A stretch of 64,000 nt of DNA, from positions 1,440,001 through 1,504,000 of the forward strand of contig OZ245056.1 in assembly GCA_965224705.1 (NCBI GenBank), in the 5' to 3' direction. The notes beneath the pieces were generated by a model. That model was not told the origin of the DNA. It did no database searches and worked only from the letters and a program-made list of their open reading frames with translations. Every line of letters begins with the position of its first letter. The first letter of the stretch is position 1. Below, piece by piece: positions 57,580-64,000 of the stretch. The translations under genes were made by a program, and so were the position numbers. The stretch comes from Spirochaetaceae bacterium. Its GTDB lineage: Bacteria > Spirochaetota > Spirochaetia > DSM-2461.

Positions 57580-58875
57580 CTAAACTTCTTTGCAGGCCTT
57601 ATACAGGTTGGCAAATAGGGTCTGGATCTGATCTTCAGGCAGGGATGAGTACGCTATTCGCACTAAATCAGCCAGCGCAATCACTCCTGTGTCATATCTG
57701 GTCAAAAGCTTTTGCCTAACAGCTTCGCCATCACCTTTCTTGATATGGACACACATGAAGTAGCCTGAATTGAATGGTAGAGCTTCAAACTCCTCTAAAT
57801 ACTCCGGGTGAGACTTTAAAATACTCACTAAAAGATCATGCCGCTGTTTCAACAGATTGTATGCACGCTTCTTTTCCTTCTTATAATCCGCATCGTTATA
57901 CGCAGCGAGAAGCAGGGACTGAGAAAGATGAGAGTCATTGGAAATGCTTCCTCTGACCCGGCCGGCAGCTTTATCTTCTAAAACACCAAGAGCCTTGCTG
58001 CTTAATCCCCTGCCGGCAAAAGTAATAAAACCAACCCGCAATCCCCATACATAATCCTCCTTTGTTGCACCATCAACTTTGCATGCAACAATACGCTCGT
58101 GGAGATTGGCACATCGGGCAAACAGCGATTCCTTGAAGATTCCTTCCCGGTAAACCAGACCAAAATAAGCATCATCGGTTATTAGAAGAATCGTTTTCCC
58201 TGCATCGGCAGCCGATTTCAAAGCCAGTACAACGGCTTCCGCCTCGTTCTCTGTGAGAGTATATCCTGTAGGATTATTGGGAAAATTAAATAAAACAATC
58301 TTTTTATCACCCGGCATCATCAATGCCTGTTGTAATCCCTCAGTATTGAAATCACCCGTTGAATCCCTGCCCTTAAAGGTCGGATAGGTTTTAAATACGG
58401 TTTGATAGGCTTCCGAGAAAAGAAGCCTGTAATTTCCCCAGTAATGCTCCGGCAGGATGATTTCATCACCCTCATCAAAGAAAAGGTAACCGGCCACTGC
58501 CAGCCCATGCGTAAGGGCGTTAGTGACTACCGGCCGAGATATCTCCGTGTTTCCCAGCAGAGGATTTTTTTCTCTGATCATTTCCTTCCAGAGGTCCCGA
58601 AGAGCTGGCTTCCCATAGCTGGGAGCATAACTGAATACATCTTTGGGGTTGAGTTTTATAAGTTTTTCAAGGGAGGCCAACCGCAGGGGAGTCCCATCGT
58701 CGTTCCTGGCTTCCCCTATCGAGGCATTGATGGTTTTGTTCCTGGCTTCCAGACCTTGAGCAACAAGACCTTTTCGAGGGAAGAAGATACCTCTTCCCCG
58801 TTTGGACAGAAGTCTCAGTGCTGCTTTTCCTTCGATTTCCAGAATACTGTTCAATTCAGTGGCTTGCGGATTCAT
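57580..58875 (-). CDS. Class I/II PLP-dependent aminotransferase
   Basis: NFPNNPTGY, DDAY, GATKE...GLRVG. Confidence 0.9.
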   Translation of the reverse strand: MNPQATELNSILEIEGKAALRLLSKRGRGIFFPRKGLVAQGLEARNKTINASIGEARNDDGTPLRLASLEKLIKLNPKDVFSYAPSYGKPALRDLWKEMIREKNPLLGNTEISRPVVTNALTHGLAVAGYLFFDEGDEIILPEHYWGNYRLLFSEAYQTVFKTYPTFKGRDSTGDFNTEGLQQALMMPGDKKIVLFNFPNNPTGYTLTENEAEAVVLALKSAADAGKTILLITDDAYFGLVYREGIFKESLFARCANLHERIVACKVDGATKEDYVWGLRVGFITFAGRGLSSKALGVLEDKAAGRVRGSISNDSHLSQSLLLAAYNDADYKKEKKRAYNLLKQRHDLLVSILKSHPEYLEEFEALPFNSGYFMCVHIKKGDGEAVRQKLLTRYDTGVIALADLVRIAYSSLPEDQIQTLFANLYKACKEV

Positions 58876-58915
58876 ATTGACCTCCCTTCTATTTTATTCG
58901 ACAGATGAATTCCTG

Positions 58916-61312
58916 TCATCCAGACAACCGGGATAATGCTGCAAGTTTCATTAATCCCTTCCTGACTCTGTAATTTATGCTGTTGGATTCAAAGTGACCA
59001 TTTTTTTGCTCCCTACCAGCATTCATACCAGCGAGGAGGGTCATGACTTCATCCATATCTTTTGCCGTCCAGACATGAAACGCTCCTGCTTTGATTGCAG
59101 CCATAACTCTGTCAGACAGGATAACATTGTTCACATTGCCAGCAGGTATGATGACTCCCTGCTGTCCAGTTAATCCCCTGGCTCTACATACTTTGAAAAA
59201 ACCTTGAATCTTTTTTTGTATCCTGCCTACAGGCTGGATCTCTCCCAGCTGGTTTACAGCACCCGTAACCGCCACATCCTGCCGAATCGGCAAATTAGCA
59301 ATTGCAGAAAGAAGGGCGGCCAGTTCCGCAGCAGATGCTGAATCACCATCAATTTCATAGTAAGACTGTTCAACGGCAAGACTGGCTGTCAATGAGATAT
59401 TACGATGTGCAAACCGCTGTCTTATATATCCTTCCATGAGGAAAACACCCTTGTCATGAAGTTCTCCTGAAAGTCCGGATTCCCTCTCTATGTTGATCAG
59501 TCCATCCTTCCCCGGGCTGACTGCTGCTGTAATTCTGAGAGGGATCCCAAATGAATACGCACCCCTTTCCAGTACAGCCAATCCGTTAACGGTACCAATT
59601 CTCCTTCCTTCAACAGAGAGCATAATCATTCCATTTTCGATCTGTTCCATGAGAACTTGTTCTGGTAGATTATTCATGTACTCCCGGCAGTCAATTGCCT
59701 TTTGAATCATTTCTCTGTCAATACATGATTTGCTTTCTTGAGCGGCAGTATAATCCGATTCCCGGATAAGATCTCCGATTAAACTGAACTGTGTGCTGAG
59801 CCTGTCGCGCCGTTCTGCCAGATGGATACCATAGGCAATGATTTCCCTGATGCCATCCGGATTAACAGGCTTGAGATTCTCCTTACGTACAAAACCATGG
59901 ATGAAGGCAGCATATTCATTCTCGGTTTCTGCCTGTCGCGGCATATCCGCGCTGAACTCAGCGGTAATCTTAAACAGTTTGAAAAAATCGTCATCATTCT
60001 CACCAATGGATTGATAGATCCTTTCAGAGCCGATTAGAATTACCGTTGTTTCCGTAGTAATTGGTTCAGGTTTCATTAGAATTGGAAGAGGGCCGAGGGA
60101 TGTTGACTGTACTTCCGGTACAACGTGTCTGGTTTGAAAAGCCCTTTTCAGTTCTGGCCAGAGATTCTCCCTGGAGAATACATCTTCTGCCTGAAGGATG
60201 AGAAAACCTCCATCGGCCTTTAGGAGGGAACCAGCCTTTATCATCATCATGTTTGTCCGGATTTCTCCCGAAACATCGTATCTGGCTTCAATGGAACCGA
60301 AAAGATTCAATTTTGTCGGATTGGTTTCATGAACAACGGGCCGCCTGTCGACTCCATGTCTGTCCAGTACAATATTCACCCCATAGTGAACATCCAGGTC
60401 GACCTCCTCCGCTCCTTCGTCATTATCATCTCCAATGAACCAGTGAGCGTTTTCTACAACATCAGCCGCTATGGCTTCAAGGTGATTTCGAACATCCTCA
60501 CCCTTCCACTGCTTCAATATAACCGTGCATTCTTCCCCGATCCCGGGCTGTATCGTTTCCGTTCTCAGTTCTTTCAGCTTTCTTTCCAGTGACTCCCGGG
60601 CCGTTTTCAAATCTCGATGTATTGAGTTCATATCGTCCATGAGGGCAAAATAACGTTCCCGGGTTTCCTTCCATGTTTCTTGAGAAACAGACCCTGTGGG
60701 GATCTGATTCTGCAGTTCCTCAAAGCGCACTGTTTCACCATCGATAATCGGAGCAATATCCATGGACAATCCTTCCTGTACATCCTCGGTTTGTACCATA
60801 CGGAATCCCTCCGCATTGAGCTGACTCTCAAATTCCGCCAGGATTTCATTTTCCTTCCTTTCAACTCCATGAATCAGGGCAACCTTTTCAGTTTTGTACG
60901 TTTCCGAGTCAAGATCTTGGGTGATTCTGTTTTGAATCCGTTTGATAAGAAGAATTATGTCTTTTTTCAGTTTGCCAGCCGTCCCCTCAGGAAGAATCAG
61001 GGGCCTGGGTTTGTCTGGTTCATTGAAATCCTGGACATAGACAATGTCCCGCAGATTTCCATTTTTTCGGTTATTATGATTAAGAATATCAAGTATTGCT
61101 GTATGCTTCCCGATTCCGGATTCTCCCACTACAAGTATGTTATACCCTTTTGCGTTGATGGCCATGCCCATCTTCAGGGCTTTTACAGCTCTTTCCTGAC
61201 CAACAACCGACCAGGTTCGTATGCTGTTGGGTGCTGCGGGGCTGGAATTTGATGGCCTGTTTATATCCAGGACAATATCCTTGTATTTCAGTTCAACTGG
61301 CAGCTGCAACAT
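58916..61312 (-). CDS. Lon-like ATP-dependent protease (LonB/LonC type)
   Basis: VGQERA, GESGIGK, DGDSAS catalytic Ser, downstream Lys in IQKKIQG; start uncertain. Confidence 0.9.
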   Translation of the reverse strand: MLQLPVELKYKDIVLDINRPSNSSPAAPNSIRTWSVVGQERAVKALKMGMAINAKGYNILVVGESGIGKHTAILDILNHNNRKNGNLRDIVYVQDFNEPDKPRPLILPEGTAGKLKKDIILLIKRIQNRITQDLDSETYKTEKVALIHGVERKENEILAEFESQLNAEGFRMVQTEDVQEGLSMDIAPIIDGETVRFEELQNQIPTGSVSQETWKETRERYFALMDDMNSIHRDLKTARESLERKLKELRTETIQPGIGEECTVILKQWKGEDVRNHLEAIAADVVENAHWFIGDDNDEGAEEVDLDVHYGVNIVLDRHGVDRRPVVHETNPTKLNLFGSIEARYDVSGEIRTNMMMIKAGSLLKADGGFLILQAEDVFSRENLWPELKRAFQTRHVVPEVQSTSLGPLPILMKPEPITTETTVILIGSERIYQSIGENDDDFFKLFKITAEFSADMPRQAETENEYAAFIHGFVRKENLKPVNPDGIREIIAYGIHLAERRDRLSTQFSLIGDLIRESDYTAAQESKSCIDREMIQKAIDCREYMNNLPEQVLMEQIENGMIMLSVEGRRIGTVNGLAVLERGAYSFGIPLRITAAVSPGKDGLINIERESGLSGELHDKGVFLMEGYIRQRFAHRNISLTASLAVEQSYYEIDGDSASAAELAALLSAIANLPIRQDVAVTGAVNQLGEIQPVGRIQKKIQGFFKVCRARGLTGQQGVIIPAGNVNNVILSDRVMAAIKAGAFHVWTAKDMDEVMTLLAGMNAGREQKNGHFESNSINYRVRKGLMKLAALSRLSG

Positions 61313-61357
61313 TGTTTGAATATAGCGGTAAATCATTCTCTGGACTATAATGGAGCG

Positions 61358-62119
61358 ATGAAATTAGCAGAATTTGATAAATGGGCAAGGTCTGTTCTGG
61401 AATTTCAGGGTATTGATTCTCTTGATTCAGCCATAAATGGGATACAGGTTGGAGATGTCAATGCTGAAATTTCCAGAATTGCCTTTGCAGTAGACGCCTG
61501 TGAGGACTCTTTTGTCCAGACAAAGGAAAGTGGGGCCCAGGCTCTTTTTGTTCATCACGGCCTGTTTTGGGGATCGGCTTATGCTCTCACAGGTGTTCGA
61601 GGCAGCCGTATTCGTTTCCTCATGAAAAATGACATAGCTCTATACGCCTGTCACCTGCCTCTGGATCGTCATCCGGAACTTGGAAACAATGCACAGATGG
61701 CCAGAGTTCTGGAGTTGACCCAACTGAAGGAATTTGGGGACTATAAGGGACAGAAAATCGGCTGTAAAGGTCTTTTAAAAACTGGTATGGATCTGGAATC
61801 GGTTGTAATTCGTCTGTTCGGCGCATGGGACAGTAGAATCAATGCCTTGAGATTTGGACCAAAGAAGATTTTCAATGTTGGAATTATCTCCGGAGGGGCT
61901 GTTTATGAGGTAAGCCAGGCCATTGATGAGAAATTAGACCTTTATATTACCGGCGATTCATCCCATAATATCTACCATGAATGCAAGGAGGCTGGAATCA
62001 ATGTTCTTTTTGCTGGCCATTACCTTACCGAATTGTTCGGAGTCCGGGCCATGTCGGAACGTGTAAAAACGGAATTGGGACTGGAAACTCATTTCATTGA
62101 TGTTCCAACCGGATACTGA
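61358..62119 (+). CDS. Nif3/YbgI-like dinuclear metal-centre protein
   Basis: NGIQV, HHGLFW, HLPLD, GHYLTE; ATG after TATAAT and GGAG. Confidence 0.92.
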   Translation: MKLAEFDKWARSVLEFQGIDSLDSAINGIQVGDVNAEISRIAFAVDACEDSFVQTKESGAQALFVHHGLFWGSAYALTGVRGSRIRFLMKNDIALYACHLPLDRHPELGNNAQMARVLELTQLKEFGDYKGQKIGCKGLLKTGMDLESVVIRLFGAWDSRINALRFGPKKIFNVGIISGGAVYEVSQAIDEKLDLYITGDSSHNIYHECKEAGINVLFAGHYLTELFGVRAMSERVKTELGLETHFIDVPTGY

Positions 62120-62132
62120 TGGAGAAGACCAT

Positions 62133-62651
62133 TTGAAGAAGTATAAATATTTCTTGCTTGCGGCTGTTATTCTGGCTGCAGACCAGATCACCAAAATTCT
62201 GATTGTTAAATACATCCCTCTGCACAGTATTGGATGGAGTTTCTCCGGTGATTTTTTTCGTCTCATACATGTGAGAAATCTGGGAATGGCATTCAGCCTG
62301 GGGAATAGCTTCCCCCCCCTGCTCAAGACAGTCGTAATGATCATACTTCCCCTCAGTGTTCTGTCAGTAATCGGTGTGCAGATTGTTCGCAACAGCAATC
62401 TGACAAACGATCAGCGCTGGATATTTGCCGTAATACTTGGGGGAGGTCTGGGGAATCAAATTGATCGCATTTTCAGACAGGAGGGTGTTGTTGATTTTCT
62501 TGATTTCAAGTTTTATGGTCTACTGGGTATGGAAAGATGGCCTACTTTCAATATAGCCGATTCAAGCCTTGTAATCTCAATGATTCTACTGATTCTGTTC
62601 CAAATCATTCAGGAGGTAAGATTAAAAAAGAATCATGAACAAGAAGCTTAA
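62133..62651 (+). CDS. lspA: Lipoprotein signal peptidase II
   Basis: DQITK, NLGMAFS, GNQIDR, VVDF, FNIADS; TTG start after GGAG. Confidence 0.93.
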   Translation: MKKYKYFLLAAVILAADQITKILIVKYIPLHSIGWSFSGDFFRLIHVRNLGMAFSLGNSFPPLLKTVVMIILPLSVLSVIGVQIVRNSNLTNDQRWIFAVILGGGLGNQIDRIFRQEGVVDFLDFKFYGLLGMERWPTFNIADSSLVISMILLILFQIIQEVRLKKNHEQEA

Positions 62652-62919
62652 CACATTTTGTTTCTTAGTCATTGCAACAATTCTCAATCTCGTCATGCTT
62701 GCAGTCCTGGCGGTTGTTCTCCTTCTTTTTTTTGAACTGACTTTCAGAAATATCGAGGAGGTATCTCAAGGGCTGTCATTGCTGGCCATCATAGTCATTC
62801 TTTCCGGCTCCATTGGCGGTTCTTTTTTACTCTATTCCAGAATTATGAAATGGGCCGCCGAAAAATGGAATCTGGAGAATTACCTGACTTCGATGTTTAA
62901 ATCTGGTAGAAAGCATTGA
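62635..62919 (+). CDS. Small two-TM membrane protein
   Basis: AGGAGG RBS, operonic with lspA. Confidence 0.75.
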   Translation: MNKKLNTFCFLVIATILNLVMLAVLAVVLLLFFELTFRNIEEVSQGLSLLAIIVILSGSIGGSFLLYSRIMKWAAEKWNLENYLTSMFKSGRKH

Positions 62920-63341
62920 ACTCTGTCGATGAATTCTGGAAATCCCGTGAAGAGGAACTGGGGACCGCTATCCTTTACAAAACGCTGGGCAAAATGATTC
63001 AACCAGAGAGCAGGATTCCTCTCTGGGGTATTCTATACACAACGGTCAATGCTGTCTATTTTCAGACATTTGAGTCTGAGAGCTGGATATCTTCCCTGAT
63101 CTCAAGAAAGAATGGCCGGAAAAAAACTGAAGACAAAATCATTGAAATCCCTGCTTCATCTCTCATTCAAGCTGAGATTATCCAGCCAGAGAAAAAAATA
63201 TTAAAACTGTTCAGTCAATCACCCACGGTCCGCTTCTCCTGGTATGATACCATTTCAGATGAAAAACAGATCTTACTTGCTGAAATAGTTGGTAACGCTG
63301 AGGCTCTTCTTTCCTCAGTGCCCGGGAACAGCCTGCCATGA
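62916..63341 (+). CDS. Hypothetical protein
   Basis: Overlapping stop/start with upstream gene. Confidence 0.7.
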   Translation: MNSVDEFWKSREEELGTAILYKTLGKMIQPESRIPLWGILYTTVNAVYFQTFESESWISSLISRKNGRKKTEDKIIEIPASSLIQAEIIQPEKKILKLFSQSPTVRFSWYDTISDEKQILLAEIVGNAEALLSSVPGNSLP

Positions 63342-63401
63342 TGGAAAAATCTGAAGGACACGTTTTCATGCCGGAGAGAGATTCACTGTAAGGAGATAAT
63401 T

Positions 63402-63989
63402 GTGAAAAAAGGATTCATTGTTATAGTGCTGCTGTTTGCGATGTTCCTTCCTGGATCATGTATGACGGCCAGTATTATCTGGACACCCATAGGGAAAGCA
63501 ACGGCTACTGTTGGTTTGAGTTCAGCGAAAGGCGCAAAGTTGCTGGCGATTCGGAGTATTAACGGTCAGAGGCAGGCAAATCCATGGACGTTTTATGTCC
63601 CGTCTAAAACTCAAGAGTCCAGACCCAGAATACTTGGAGAAGGTAGGAATGCCAATGTCGTCCTCCTGGACGCATCTGTTGATTATGAACTGGAATTAGG
63701 TCTTTATCAGTCCCGGAGACTCCCGCAGCAGGATCGTCCAGAATGGCATGAATCAAAACCCGTCATTACACTCAAAGCTCTGGATCCGCAGGGAAAATAT
63801 GTTATGACTTTTCATGGCCCTGCTTTTTCCCTGGACAGCGGCAAGAAGACTTTTGGAATACTTCGATTAAGAAAGGGATTGACATCAATACAGCAGTGGG
63901 AATTATACGGTACTGTTGTCCCTGACGCCGAAAATGCCTATAAGAGAACAACCTTTTACGAGTTTGAGGAAGTTAAACCAATTTCTTAG
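63402..63989 (+). CDS. Hypothetical lipoprotein
   Basis: AAGGAG RBS, leader ending PGS-C. Confidence 0.7.
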   Translation: MKKGFIVIVLLFAMFLPGSCMTASIIWTPIGKATATVGLSSAKGAKLLAIRSINGQRQANPWTFYVPSKTQESRPRILGEGRNANVVLLDASVDYELELGLYQSRRLPQQDRPEWHESKPVITLKALDPQGKYVMTFHGPAFSLDSGKKTFGILRLRKGLTSIQQWELYGTVVPDAENAYKRTTFYEFEEVKPIS

Positions 63990-64000
63990 CTGTCCATGAC

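Overview
Bacterial chromosomal DNA, most likely from a Spirochaetaceae-type spirochaete. This is inferred from signal peptides ending in A-x-G-x-x-E/D on the solute-binding proteins, a STAS-zinc-ribbon protein, a TPR-Mrr-like protein and the Nif3-lspA gene context. I see no rRNA, tRNA or CRISPR array. Housekeeping-like blocks (epmA/ferredoxin, TPR genes, ABC-F/U32, MCP, aminotransferase, Lon-like protease, lspA) alternate with two accessory regions. (1) About 0.9-14.6 kb, bounded by a diverged ~80-bp direct repeat: a sugar ABC operon, then a tandem array of four ~585-aa AAA-ATPase-like/PD-(D/E)XK nuclease paralogs. Each paralog follows an invariant 102-nt double-hairpin element and an extended -10 promoter with no Shine-Dalgarno. 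The paralogs are block-wise mosaics of one another, the spacers carry an attC-like signature, and an intact IS1380-family element separates copy 3 from its promoter. (2) About 24.9-46.7 kb: a peptidoglycan-scavenging cluster (Opp-type ABC, AmiE-like hydrolase, C39-like peptidase, NagZ x2, NamZ, long MurQ-like protein, racemase, M20 amidohydrolase, LysA). It is partly duplicated and deleted around a fifth ATPase-nuclease gene. At least three MITE families, a GNAT-histidine kinase fusion and a phosphoesterase-ParB-like fusion are also present. All family calls come from motif recognition by eye; no database searches were run.
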